This document shows, one piece after another, positions 27,260-39,945 of a stretch of DNA of 64,000 nt. Every line of letters begins with the position of its first letter. Position 1 is the first letter of the stretch. The notes beneath the pieces were generated by a model. That model was not told where the DNA came from. It saw only the letters and a program-made list of their open reading frames with translations, and searched no databases. The translations under genes were made by a program, and so were the position numbers. Source of the stretch: Marsupella aquatica (lineage: Eukaryota; Plantae; Marchantiophyta); NCBI GenBank assembly GCA_973895155.1, contig OZ316893.1:2562430-2626429 (forward strand), read 5' to 3'.

Positions 27260-29197
27260 TCGATGTCTTGTGGCAGTCAAAGTTAGAACGATCTTGGCTA
27301 AGTCTTTCGAAGAGTTTTGCGCGCAAGAAGGTGTTTGAGGGATCGGAATAGTGTCATCTCCGGGCCATGATGCGGGCCATGATGTCACAAACTTTCATCT
27401 CTACATACAATATACTGCATGCTTTCTATTATTTCAGACACCTACCGAGATTGGGCATAATTTGGGCATATTGCTGGTCCCGTGACCCTATCGATCGGTA
27501 CCTGTTGATATTCTGACATGCATGATCGAACACTTTCTTGAATGAGTTTTTCTTCTAATTGTTCACCTGTTGCTCGGTCAAATGAATTGCAGTCCTCAGT
27601 GTCTATGGATTTCCTGCTCATACGTACGTTGTTCTCCTTTGAATGACTCTTTTTGGCATTTAAATTCGAGTTTTTGTGGCTGTAAAGTTCTGGACCGTCA
27701 GCATGGAAGACACTATTGACTTTTTGGTAAATAAATTCCTACATCGACTCTTCAGTACATTGTAATGCTTGTCAAGCTCGTCTCTATGGTATTGTGTAGG
27801 GTATTCTAGCTAGCCTATATTGGACCTGCCAAAGCAAGATCAAGAGCCAGGGATATACCGTCATCTGCACATGGCCACATGTGCTATGGGGTATCTCCCA
27901 CACACTTTGCCTTATCATGCAATCCAAAAAAAAGAATAATAATTAACAATAACCATGCATTGTACTCTCTGTGTCCCTAGGTCACCCAGGCCAGTATTTG
28001 TCCCAATGGGCAGGAGGACGGATGAATGAAATGAACCACGTCTCCTATAGGACCTTGACCAGCCAGGGAATTTTCTGTGCATCAAAACTCAATCTAGTCT
28101 GAGGTCTATGACGTGCTGAATGTCTACTAAGCGGATTTAAGCTTGTCTCTTCTTTGCGTTAGATATGTACCGCTAGTCATGTACGTGGTCTGCTGGTGCA
28201 ATAAACTACTTAATTTGTATTGTTTTTCTGCTATGACTAGCTTGGGCCTAATCAGTGCGTTTGGCTGGCCTTCTATTTGTCGGAAGAAAGAATTTGACAA
28301 ATCTAAGCAGGGATAAATGCTCACATTAACCTAATTTGAGCCGACCGTAAATGCATATGTTACTCGCAGCTGTACACACAATCACGAAAGTTGAAAGCCT
28401 CCTAAATCTGTGAACCAGGCTCCTATTGATGGACGTGGACCTGGACCTATCTCAATTCCCGTCTCAAATGTGTAAATGAATGCTAGCAGTGGACTGAGTG
28501 ATATTCTTCATGTAAGCTTGGTGCCTTGTTTGCATCATGCATTCAGAAGTTTCTCCTTTAGACTGTCTTCATTTACGTACTGTTAGTAAACCCATTCCAA
28601 AATCGACCAACTAAGTTTGGTAGTCCTGATGATCGATGACCTCGTTTGGCAGATTCGACGTGAGTTGATCATTGTTGAACTTTGAGGGCAAAGCAAAAAA
28701 AACTCCTTCCATTACAGCCTTGTGAGATATATGTTTTGGCAAGTGTGTTGGTTTCAAACCGGGCTGGCTGACCAGTACAATTCTTCCCTGGGCATAGACG
28801 AGCATTTTGGGTCAGGATACAGCATTATCACCGTTTTTTTTATTCCTACCTAGCTAGTCAGAGGAGGTTGAAGAGATGATAGTATTTAGTGGTGTGGAAA
28901 CTTTTGGAGAACTCCCTGAGAGGCGGCGTTCTCCTCTAACATTCCAAAGCTTTCCTCTAGATACTGTCTTCTCCAAAAAGAACAATTAAACTCCCCTTAG
29001 TTACTGTAGTTTCACACTTGTCACATACCATGCCACTACAGAAGTATTCACTCCATGAGGCTCTAGCCTATATTTTGGATATGATAAGTAGAGTTGGAAT
29101 GCAGAAAATAACTATGCCCAGAATGCATAGCCTGCATAAATAGGGTAATAAAACCAGTGGCAAATTAATCCTTAGATTGGAAGTGAAATAAGACTGG

Positions 29198-29473
29198 CTC
29201 GGGGGTCTCACTATGTGGACGATTTTAGGCCCCTGACCCCCTAAAATGTAAGAAAAAATTGTTTTTCTCAACCCCTATGAAGTTGAAATATTCTTAGAAT
29301 ATTCCAAAATTTTGGTTATAAGGACCCTAATGTTCTTATAAGTCTCAAAATTGGATTTAAAAGACCCTATTGTTCTCCTCAAAAAATTCTTAAGTTTTCC
29401 CTTTGAACAAATAAAATGACCCTAGACTTCGTCGCACGTGATGTGACATTTTTGTGGAAGTGAAACCCCCGAG
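29198..29473. mobile_element. MITE-like element with 15-bp TIRs
   Basis: CTCGGGGGTCTCACT ... AGTGAAACCCCCGAG (14/15 inverted match); non-coding AT-rich interior; related copy at 6437-6741; no clear TSD. Confidence 0.6.
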
Positions 29474-29919
29474 AATATTCGAACCCACTGATTGACCTTG
29501 CTAGCTAACATTCAGATTTTAAACACATCCATGCTCACAAGCTAGCCTGGTGGGCACCCTGGGCCCTCACTAAGCGAAATGTAATGAGACATACCTGTGA
29601 CCGAAGGCCCCCAAGTACCCCTTGTTATATTTTGGAAGAACATTAAAATGTATCTTGTTCGTTCTAAAAAGAATTTTCAGTCCTATATAAAATTTACCTA
29701 TGTTATTATAATCAGATAGATTTGAGTATTTAAAACACCCTTCATTTGTTATAAAAAAAACTTTTGGGAACAGATTCAATCATGAATGCACATTTTATTT
29801 AATGTACCATTAAGTGGCAAGTACACTAAACAAAGACATTGCCATATAATATTTGGCAATGTGTGAAAGCCATTGGGGCTTTAGCACACAAACATCTAAT
29901 CACTAGTACATTATGAGGC

Positions 29920-30440
29920 CAATTTCCGATATGGACACCTTCGGATCCCTTTGTAAAATTTTTCCAAGAAAAACATCTCATCCGACTCTAAACGTATCGC
30001 AAATTCCGACTCTCAACCCATCGGATAACGACAATCGGAAGATAATCGGACTTTGCGATACAAAACTTAACGCACTTTGCGTACCCAAAAATAACGGAAA
30101 ATCAGCCGTCCGATGTTCTGCAAATCGGAAATGGAAGAGGGGAGCCGATACACTTCCGATCCACTTTCGATACGTAAAGAATCGGACTGTGGGTAACTTT
30201 GAATATCGCATATTGCGTATCAAAAGGTTACGCAAAGACCGTAAATAAAAGTATCGAACATACCGTTGTTATAAAGATCGAAAATACCGTTACTAGAAGT
30301 ATCGGAAAGACCGTAACCAAGGGTATCGGAAAGATCGATTCTCTGGGGATGGCAAATTCCGAGTTTGGGAGAATCGGACATTCAGATATTTTTAAGATCG
30401 GAGGAGTATCGGATAATTGAAGGGGTAAAATTTCCGATTA
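29920..30440. repeat. Left subterminal repeat region of the CACTA element (ATCGGA/TCCGAT/ATCGCA)
   Basis: Dense TCCGAT/ATCGGA-like hexamers in both orientations. Confidence 0.85.
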
Positions 30441-30671
30441 TTAATTTTGGGGGTGTGGGGGTTACAATGTTGGGATGCATGGAAGTGAGCATGGGTAGCA
30501 AGAATGGTAGTGAGACTCAAAAGGGGGAAACCCCTGCCATTATATATACAAAAGAGGATGGCCTCCTCTAGCATGGAAAGTACAACCTTTACATGTACAG
30601 GTGTATAATCCATCTCAACCTGCATGGTATCGTGGCCTACCTACAAATGGTCCTATGCTAAGCTACCTGGC

Positions 30672-33603
30672 CTATCCATATGTTGGTGCATGTCGTCCCT
30701 TCCTCTTCTTGGCACGAGGGCGATAACTCTCTGGTCGGGTAGTGGCATCTGGCACTAACCCTAGGAACCTATCAATGACAGCATGAGATGCAGTTGCAGC
30801 TGTGGTGCTTGGAGCTATCGCGGTACCAACGTCACCAACATCACCTTCTAAGTCATGAGAAGGCACTGTAACACCCCCAGCATCGGAGCAAGTATGAAAT
30901 GATGCACTTCCACTACCCCCTTGGGCTGCAGAGTGGTGAGACCCTGCACCTCCACTAGCCCCTGACTGGTGAGATGGAGTCCCATCACCAATGCCACCAA
31001 CTGCAGTCCCACTCACCCTGTTGGCCCTTGAATGACCACGAGCAGTGCTCCCACCCCCAGTAGCCCCTCCACCACTAGCCCCTGAATGGCGAGAACCATT
31101 CCCGCCAACAACCCCTGAATGGCGGCGAGAACCACCATGGGGCCCACTACCAACCCCCCCACCAGACCCAGGCCTGTGAGAACCACTATGGGCCCCAGTT
31201 CTACCCCGCCCACCAGCACCTACAGATCGATCAAAACCGCCCCGGCGCCCACTACCACTTGTCCCAACACCACCTCCAGCAGCTGTAGCACCCCCACTAC
31301 CTCCTGCTGCTCTACGGCCACCTACATCACCATCAGTCCTCCGTCTAGAATGACTACCTCGAGTCCCTCGGGATGTGCCGCCAATCAAGCGAACAGGGGT
31401 GGGTGCCACACTCCCCTCCTCAGCCTCAGACTCTGAATCTGAGGCCCCCGAACCCTCCTCGGCTGAGTCCAAACCCTCCGACTCCTCATTTGACTCCTAC
31501 ATACATGTAAGCAACCATGAACCCAAGTGTTAGTGTTGAAAATGACCTACAAGGGAGTGATTATAACCATGTTGCATCAAAGGTTAGAAATATGGTTTTC
31601 AATTGTGCATATACTTACCGACCCCAACTCGTCCTGCATGTGAAGTTTCAGAGCCCGCGTTCCAAATTTCTTAGCCAACTCTCTCTCAGGTGGCAAGATT
31701 GGGCGTCCATGCTCTCGCTCCTGCACCATACTCAAGATAATAATTAACCCCCCTCCCCGGCAAATGAGAATAAAATTGAAACCCCCCATTACTTGAAATA
31801 CATTATTTTAAAAGTTAATCCCTACCAAATCCCCCACATTACTTAATGAATAATAATCCCTACCTAGCCCCACACATTACTTAGAAAAATTCCCTAACAC
31901 CCCCACATCCCTTTCAACTCATGGGTATCACTACCCACTCTACCTATATAAAATACTCCCTTATTATCGTGGCCTAACTATCGCAAAAAGCAACGACAAC
32001 CTAAGCCCGACACTCCTTAAAAAAAACAAACCCCCCGGCGTGGCCTAAAACAGTCAAATATTCAAAATTTTGAATTTTTCCAATGCTTCCCTAATCGGAC
32101 CCCTCCACCCTAAACCCCAAAACCTAAGGTCCGATGCAGGGTCCGATTCTCAGGTAATCGGACCATAATCGGAAGCCTTGCGTCCAAAACCCATAAGAGA
32201 GAGTCCCACTCCATTTCCGACTCTTCAGCAATCGGAATAGAATCGGAAACAGAAAAAAATAAGGACACATCAAAACTTGCGATACAGGCTCGATAACAAA
32301 CGCACAGGGATAAGAGGGGAGGTCTGGGAGGACTTATGCAGGCATAGCCAAGGTTGTGCCTGAGGTGATCAGGGAGAGGGAGGACCCAATTTCAAGGTGA
32401 AAATTCAGCAAGGAGGCGAGCAAGGAGGAGGGGAGCAGAGGACTTACAAACTCTGCTTTGAGACGATGCGCTCCACCCTGCCCCATTCGGTGAGTAACTG
32501 CAGGTCTCTTCTCCACCCTCTCAATTGCATTTTGAATGTAAAGTGGAGGGTCTCCAAGCAGTGCTAATTTGGCCTCCCATTCCATTAAGTTTTGCTGCAG
32601 GAGGGGGATGTCAACAGTCTGTCCTGAAAGGACCCTCTTCTCTGCCTCATCGAGCTCAGCCTGCCAGTGACGTCTCGCTTGCCAAGCACGAACCTGTAGC
32701 TCAGCATCAATCCAAGCAGACCAGGCATCAGCTGGTATCTCATCCGGGGGATCTCTCTGCCTGATCACCTCTACCTCCTCCTTACAATCTGCCAGGTACT
32801 TCCTCATCTTTTCTCTCACATTATTACGTCTATCTGCAAGTGAACGTGAGATCTTCTTATTCAGCCATCGATCATCCAGGAAGCAGCCATTACAGAATCG
32901 CTCCTTCACTTGCTCCCTTGCTTGAAATTTCTCCTCTTCTTTCTTCTTCCCCCAGTAATCTAAGGGGCTGAAATTTGCCCTCAACACCTGCCCTAGCTGA
33001 CTTCTGAACAAATTGTAGCTCTTTGTCATCGGAGCTCCTCCCTTATTAATGAACAATTTTGGCCGTTTGGCCCTTAGTTTCCTCTGCTCGTAGCCTCTCT
33101 TCCTCAATCCTTGCCCTCTCTGCAGCTCGAGCCTCCTTTCTAAGCCTCTTCTCTCTTTCTTGTGGTGAGAGGGCCTCCACTGGCCTGCCTTTCCTCTCCT
33201 CCTTCCTCTTTCTTTTTTTCTCCTTTCCTTTCTCTAGCCTCTCCATGAAAGCCTTCTCTGCTTCACTTATGGCAGATTTCCTGGATTCGTCAATCAGGCC
33301 CTGGGTCAATTGAGCTGCTATGGCCGCAGCTTCAGCAGACAGGCCTGCTTGCCTCTTGAAAATCTCTGCCATAATGTCCGAGATCTGTTGTGACGGCCCT
33401 GCTCCATCTCCACCCACCCTGGCTGCTCCGTCTCCTCCCCCCCCAGCCGTGCCATTCCCCTCCATAGCCTCGACCTCCAATGCGTGCTCCTCCACTTTGT
33501 GTTCACTCAGCAGCTCCTCCCAAGTTGCATCCGAAACCAAGCCCGATACAAAGATATTCGTACTTTAGTCGGGAAAAGTACCAAACCCTATTGTGCCCTC
33601 CAT
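30672..33603 (-). pseudogene. CACTA second gene, TnpA/Transposase_24-like; 3 exons; disrupted
   Basis: Exons ~33603-32449, ~31721-31619 and 31497-30672 with GT-AG ends. Contains a basic NLS-like run, W..W and HRMGQGG (H..G..G as in the Ptta/En-Spm family), EREHGRP and a Gly/Ser-rich tail. Early in-frame TAA near 33565 and a frameshift near 33046-33107. Family assignment is motif-level only. Confidence 0.6.
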
Positions 33604-34515
33604 CCGACTTTTTAAGAATCGGAACATCCGATACTTGAACTATCGAAAACGGGATCGAAAATAGCGATGCTTAAAGTATCGGACCCCTCTTCCAATATGA
33701 TCAGACTTAGCTTGTCCATTATTTTTTATGCCTTTAAGGATGGATTTATAATAAGTTAGTCAATGGGGGGGGGGTTGGGGATGTGGTAAGGAAATGTAAG
33801 TTTAGTTGATGTGAAAACTTGCATTGTAATTGTAGGCCTGGTTGAGTAGCCGGATTTTGTTTGGGCGGTGGGGTTCTTGAATAAAAGCCGGTTATAGGTG
33901 CGGTAACGTCCCCCTTACAACAACATACTTTTGGGGTTGAACGGTATGATCATTGACCCACTCACATTAAAAGTTTTGACAAATTTGTCCACCTTGTATG
34001 TGGATTTAATTTTGGGGGCCAAACAAAGTTAACCTCATGTGCGTGTATTGTGCAGTATTTTTTTGCGGAGGGTTGGGTCGTTCTCTTTGTTTGTATTTTT
34101 GTAGGTCCATTTTTGCAATGCATTATGCATCGCGATAGGCCGTGCATCCGAAAGGTATGATATACTCCCTTTATCATTTGGAGGTGAGCACAGTATATAT
34201 TTGGCTAAAGTTTTTTCATTGATGGCCACAATATATAGTGGATATGATTCTATGGGGACATATGTATAGATAAATTCTGATGGTATTCCTTTAATTGTGC
34301 AGGCATTTCGGATATTGTCTTAGCATATATTCTAAGGCCAAGATCCTAGTAGGCATTGTTCAGTGCGGATATCATTTAGGTAAGATGCACAGTCATTATT
34401 TTTAATTATTCGCTTAGTGTAAACTAGGTTCCAATCTTGACATATTGTATTTAGGGTACTTAATATGAGTGGGAAAGATTTTTGACATGTGATTAATTTT
34501 CACATTGATGGGCAG

Positions 34516-34757
34516 ATGTCAAATTCTGGGAGTTCCGAGTCAGATTCTGACTCGGACTCGTCATCTTCTGAGGGGGACATTCCTCCCCCCCCCCCCCCCC
34601 TCGGAGGCCGCATCATCCTCCTCCTCCTCTAGGCCCCATTCCATGTTGGTGTGTGCGATGTAAGGGAATGGTGGTTCGTCAAGCTTGGGAGTGTATTGAG
34701 CATATTGAGAATTATGGGCAACACCAACCTGATTTACCAGGACATTCAGCTCACCAG
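34516..34757 (+). CDS. 5' exon of the CACTA transposase gene encoding a transposase-associated Zn-finger (IPCWCVRC..HIENYG)
   Basis: ATG at 34516 directly after a CAG; Ser/Asp-rich start; a 16-C run at 34585-34600 shifts the frame; CxCxxC...H motif; phase-0 donor CAG|GTATGC at 34758. Confidence 0.65.
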
Positions 34758-34875
34758 GTATGCACCCCATACTCTCATCCCACACATTTCAATGAAGGAA
34801 ACATAATTTGCCACTTACAATCATGGCCACTATCATCATATATTTATTAATTTTGGATTTTTTTTGAATGAATAG

Positions 34876-35835
34876 GTGCCCCGTAGGCCCCCTCCTCCAT
34901 TGATCTCTAAAGAGCTATGGCTAGACACATTCTTGGCTAGTGCAAGACGGATGCTTGCATCAACATCTACACCCCCTCCTCCTGCCCCGTGCCCCAATGG
35001 TGAGGGCGGGAGTGTACCTGTAGCAAGGGTGGAGGACATTGAGCAAGGTGACCTGGAGGTACCTCCATCTAGGGTTTTACGCACCGGCCCACGCTCCCAT
35101 AGGCATAGGAGACATTATGAACCATTGGGCACTCGTGAGTCTCAAGACCCAAACTTGGTAGGTCCGCCTATGATGAAGCCAGGTGAGGGTTATGTGGTAG
35201 TGGAGGGTAGGTTGGGATTGTCATATCTCACTGGAAAGGCGTTGCCTCTTGTGAAGGACTTCTTGTCTGAGATATTCAAAATCCCTCAAGGCATACCCAC
35301 TAATGCCCCTATAGAGATATGGGGCCGTCATTGGATAGTGCAGTCATCTTCCCTTGGTGCTGATGTAGGATTTGGGTTATTTGCTTTGGAGGACATTGTG
35401 GTCCATCCAAAGCCATGGCGAAGAGGTTATGATGGGGAACACTTATTTCCTTATATTGGCCCTATATACACTGCCAAGAATTGGAACATTATTTTACGGC
35501 AACAACCATCATGGGGAGTGTATGCATTGCAAATGGAATCCGATCCGGATGAGGTCCTCAAGAGGCCTTGGCATTGTAGGATGATTGATGGTGATCCTGT
35601 GCGATGTGATAACATCGTTGGGTATATCAATAGTACCAAAGGGAGAGGACGAGGACTTCAACCAAATGTAGAGTGGGTTCAGATTCTTGGGGCACTGCCA
35701 CCACCTTACTATGTGAAGCATATGGATGACCATGTTATGACTGTAGCCATTAGGACTATTAGGGCTGGTGAGGAACTCTTTTGTGACTATGATTGGAACG
35801 CGCCTAAGATGGCCATACGGTGTCGTCCTTCATAG
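34876..35835 (+). CDS. SET-domain (lysine methyltransferase-like) exon inside the CACTA element
   Basis: Uninterrupted 319-codon frame with SSSLG.D.GFGLFALEDI (GxG), YIG, YALQ, IDG, GYINS...PN and AIRTIRAGEELFCDY (GEEL..DY). Phase-0 acceptor AATAG|GTG at 34875/34876. Confidence 0.8.
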   Translation: MPRRPPPPLISKELWLDTFLASARRMLASTSTPPPPAPCPNGEGGSVPVARVEDIEQGDLEVPPSRVLRTGPRSHRHRRHYEPLGTRESQDPNLVGPPMMKPGEGYVVVEGRLGLSYLTGKALPLVKDFLSEIFKIPQGIPTNAPIEIWGRHWIVQSSSLGADVGFGLFALEDIVVHPKPWRRGYDGEHLFPYIGPIYTAKNWNIILRQQPSWGVYALQMESDPDEVLKRPWHCRMIDGDPVRCDNIVGYINSTKGRGRGLQPNVEWVQILGALPPPYYVKHMDDHVMTVAIRTIRAGEELFCDYDWNAPKMAIRCRPS

Positions 35836-36022
35836 CACATACAAACATGTGTATATGTTCACTTTTATAAAAATATTACTTGAGTCATTCTCTAATTGGT
35901 TTCAAGAGCTATGGAGTCTTTTGACTCATTCATATATGGATGTCTCAATTGTTGGTTGAGAGACCTGGACTTATATCATTCTCATTGTTTTCTTTTGTGT
36001 ATGATAGAATGCATTTGTTCAG

Positions 36023-39000
36023 CCAGATATTGAGGTATTATCACGAGCTGTGCGACAACATCTCCTTCAGGCCATGGATGGTAGGCAAGGGGGTCAACCT
36101 TTTGAGGATATGGACATTCCACATGAACTACCTAATGCTACCCAAGAAAGAGTGGATGAGGACCGGGCTATGGATGAGTTGATGCACCAATTCATGGATG
36201 CAGATGAGGGTGATCCCCGGGGTGATCATGACCCAGGTGACTGGGAGGACATTGACTTACCTCCTCCTCATAGGCATACTCCTTCACGGAATCGACACTT
36301 GCACCAGTGGGAGGAGGCTCAAGAGCATGCACAGACTCGTCTTTTTGAGGGGTCTAGATTATCTCGTCTTTCAGCAATCATGTTATTACTGAACTTGCAG
36401 CAAAGACATGGAGCAAGCAACTTGCTTCTTGATGATATTTTCAGGACATTGCATGATCGTATGTTACCAGAGGGGAATAACTTGCCAGCATCATGGAAAG
36501 AGGCAAAGAAAGTGTTGAAGTCCGTAGGCCTCAAGTATGAGGTCATACATGCTTGTGTGAATGATTGTGTTTTGTTCAGGAAGGAGCACTCAAATGCTCT
36601 TACATGCATGTCCTGTGTGCAACGCGCCAAGATATCGTGAGGATATGTTGACAGGAAGAGTACCTCAAAAGGTTATGAGGTACTTTCCCCTTATTCCTCG
36701 TTTGTGTCACCAGTTTCGATGTGCAGAGTTGGCTAAGTATATGGTATGGCATTCCCAACACCGTTCAGACACTACTCAGGATCCAACCATGCGCATGATG
36801 GTTGACTCTCCTGCAAACAGATTTGTGGAAGAGCGTTGGGGTGAGTTCAAGACTGACCCTCGTCATGTTCGCCTTGGTTTGGCATCAGACGGCATTAGCC
36901 CATTTGCACTGGCCGGCAAGGCCAAACCATACTCTGTATGGCCAGTAGTCCTCACTAACTACAACATCCCACCATGGATGGCCATGAAGAAGGGTCATTT
37001 GCTCCTATCTATGATTATTCCTGGCCCTAAGCAAGTGAAGAAGATTGATGTATACTTGCAACCGTTGATTGAGGAGCTACAGAAACTTTGGGGGGGAGTG
37101 GATTGCTATGATGGTCGAGTGCATACAGGGGGCTTACCCCGTGAGTTTCAGCTCAAAGCCATTCTTATGTGGACCATGCATGATCTTCCAGGTACCCAAC
37201 TCTTTATAAATTAAGTATGGCTTGTGCAGCTACCCATATATATATATATCGTTCTGTTTATTTTTTTTCCCTTTGGTTTGGTTTCAAAACTTAATGGGTT
37301 TTAATTTGTGACCATTGTTTGTGAAGGGTTTGGATATATTTCTGGCTTGCAAACTTTTGGATATCGTGCTTGCCCAACTTGTGGACCAGACTTGGAGGGA
37401 GTGGCACACCCAAAGTCTACCACCCTGCGGAAGATAGTTTACATTGGTCACACAAAGTATCTTCCTGAGGGGCATGACTGGAGGTATGATCCATTTTTGT
37501 ATGACACGGATGAGGGCCAGCCAGACACAAGACCTCAACCTTTACCGAAGGACCCAATATATTGGAAGGAGGTATGGGAGAGGGTGACTGATCCAGATGA
37601 CCCATTACCCTTGGCTAGATGTGGCATGACCCGTTTGTCTGCATTGGCACAACTTCCATATTGGGAACACATGCCGATAAATCATCTATTGGACCCTATG
37701 CATATTGAGGGGAATGTTGGGAGGTCATTGATCCGCCATCTATATGGAGAGAAAAACAACAATTGGAGGGAGAGTTGTGAGGAGATGGGGATGCATGGCC
37801 TTCATGGTTTTTGGCCATCTATGGACCCTGACCCTCCCCTTACTATCCATCCCCCATGGGTTTTCACAAGGAGTGAGCGAATAGAGTTTCGCAAGCGGAT
37901 AGGGTCAATGCGGTTTCCTACAGGGTATGGTGCCAATCTTCGCAAGGCATTTGGTGGAGATGACTCTCCAAAATGGCCAGCTTTCTTGAAGACCCACGAT
38001 TATCATCGTCTATTGCAGCACGTTATTCCAGTTGCTATTATTGGATTGGGCAGCGAGGATCTTCGGGATGCACTTTGGTCATTGGGTAGATTGTTGAGAT
38101 GGGTTTGTCAAAAGGAGGTCAACGAGGGAGAGATTGCTGCCATGGAGGTATTTGGAGTGGAGGTTGTGTGCAAGTTGGAGCGAGCACTCCCTCCTTCCTT
38201 CTTTGATGGTCAAGTTCATTTTCTTGTACATCTAGTGCGTGAAGTAGCCATTGCAGGCCCAGTACATTGTCGTTGGATGTATTGGGTAGAGCAATTCATG
38301 GGAGTCATGAAATCATATGTATCAAACCGTGCTAGGGTGGAAGGTAGCATTGCCGAACGTCACCTTGGAGCAGAGAGTATGTTCTATTGTACGAACATTG
38401 TGGCTACACTTGATCCAAATGCTCCAAGGGGTTGGATAGATGAGTCAGCACGAGAGGCAGATTATGAAGAGGATAGACTCACTGGAGCAAAGGGAGAACG
38501 ACTACTAGGCTCTGCTGAACGTCTGCAACTCACCACATTCATGTTGTATAACTCACCAGAGATTGCAGGGGAGTGGATTGCATTTTAGGAGGAGGAGAAG
38601 AGTAATAGTCGTCGGCCACGCCTCTTCCCCAAGTTTCTCCCATATATGAAGGAGAAGTTGACAGAGATTGATGCCTTGTTGGGTCAGGGTGAGAGTGTTT
38701 TGCACTTTCCGAAGGTCACCAATGACATTCGCACCCTTGTTCATGGTCCATTACTCATGGTCACCACTCGAACAGCCATGTGGTCAAAGGGGAGGCATTT
38801 TTGAATCCAACATCTTGATATGAAGAGAGCAGCAACACAAGATTGTGGGGTGATGGGGTGGTTCACCCAAGAGTCACAAAGTAGCACTTCTGACCGGAAT
38901 CCAATACGTTCAACTGTGGCCCACTATGGGAAGATAGAGGAGATTCTTATCGTAAATTATCATGCCCATACAACCTTGGAGGAGGTGGTGTTCAAGTGCA

Positions 39001-39281
39001 AATAGTTTCGGATGAATCTTGTTGGCCATAATCGGACCTGTGAAGAAGATGCATGTGGGTTCACACGATTGAAGACCAGTGCAACTAGTGTCATTAGTTC
39101 CAATTGGAGGACCTCAGATCCATTTGCATTTTCCCATCATTTGGAGCAATCTTTCTATCTTCCTTATCCGAATGACCCAGAGTGGTCCATTGTTATGCCT
39201 TACATCCCTCGCTCACGATCCATTGTTCAAGACAAGCCAAGTGTAGTTGTAGTAGAGGATTTGGACCCCTCATTACAATAG
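36023..39281 (+). pseudogene. CACTA TnpD-type transposase (Transposase_21, DUF4218, DUF4216-like), inactivated
   Basis: IHACVNDC.LF, CPVC..PRY, RYFPLIPRL, LGLASDG..PF, YSVWPV, YNIPPW, IPGP, DVYLQPLIEEL..LW, HDLPG, ACPTC, DPMHIE.NV, LKTHD.H, FFD...H..VHL, GPV..RWMY..E..M, VEGSI. Intron 37192-37326. Lesions: CATG duplication frameshift near 36605 and stops at 38586, 38802 and 39003. Confidence 0.93.
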
Positions 39282-39469
39282 ATGCGACCTAGGTAAAACC
39301 CCTATATGTTTTATCTTCATGGATATCATATACATTTTGTCATGTCATTTCACACATGCCCAAAGATTCATTGGTTGGATATGATTTTGGATACAACTGT
39401 ATATAGTCCCTTGACACAATCCAAATTGCAATCCCTAAGTAATATATGCATTTGAGTCACGTCCATTTA

Positions 39470-39945
39470 TTCCCGATACCATTTCCCATGCTTAAAACAA
39501 TGGAAGCCCATCCTTGTTCAAATCTTGACCTCGAACTACATATATCCGATATAAACCCTTTCGGACTCCATTTCCGATTCTTGTAGCATCGGACTTATTT
39601 GTGATACACACTACTTCGGAAAACATTTCCGATACCCAACCTATCGGAAGCACTAAGCAATACATTTTCGATCGCAATATTTCCGTAATTTACTCAATCG
39701 GACATCAAATGCGATACTTCAGGGATCAGAAATTTAGTAACAATTTTTAGAAGAGGGGTCCGATAGTCAAGACATCGGATATGTTCCGATATTAGGAGTA
39801 TCGCAAATTATGTCCGATGTTTTAGAAATCGGATACTGTGTTTCCGAAGCTGTGGGGATCGCAAGTTCCGATATTTTTGTGAACGAAAGTTTGCGTAACT
39901 CTGGCTATTGGACGCCTGTCTCATGTTTCAGCAGGAGCATCGGAA
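39470..39945. repeat. Right subterminal repeat region of the CACTA element
   Basis: Dense TCCGAT/ATCGGA/ATCGCA motifs. Confidence 0.85.

Noticed and set aside
29913-30420. ORFs at the left end of the CACTA element
   Set aside because: They arise from the ATCGGA subterminal repeats and have no protein-like features.
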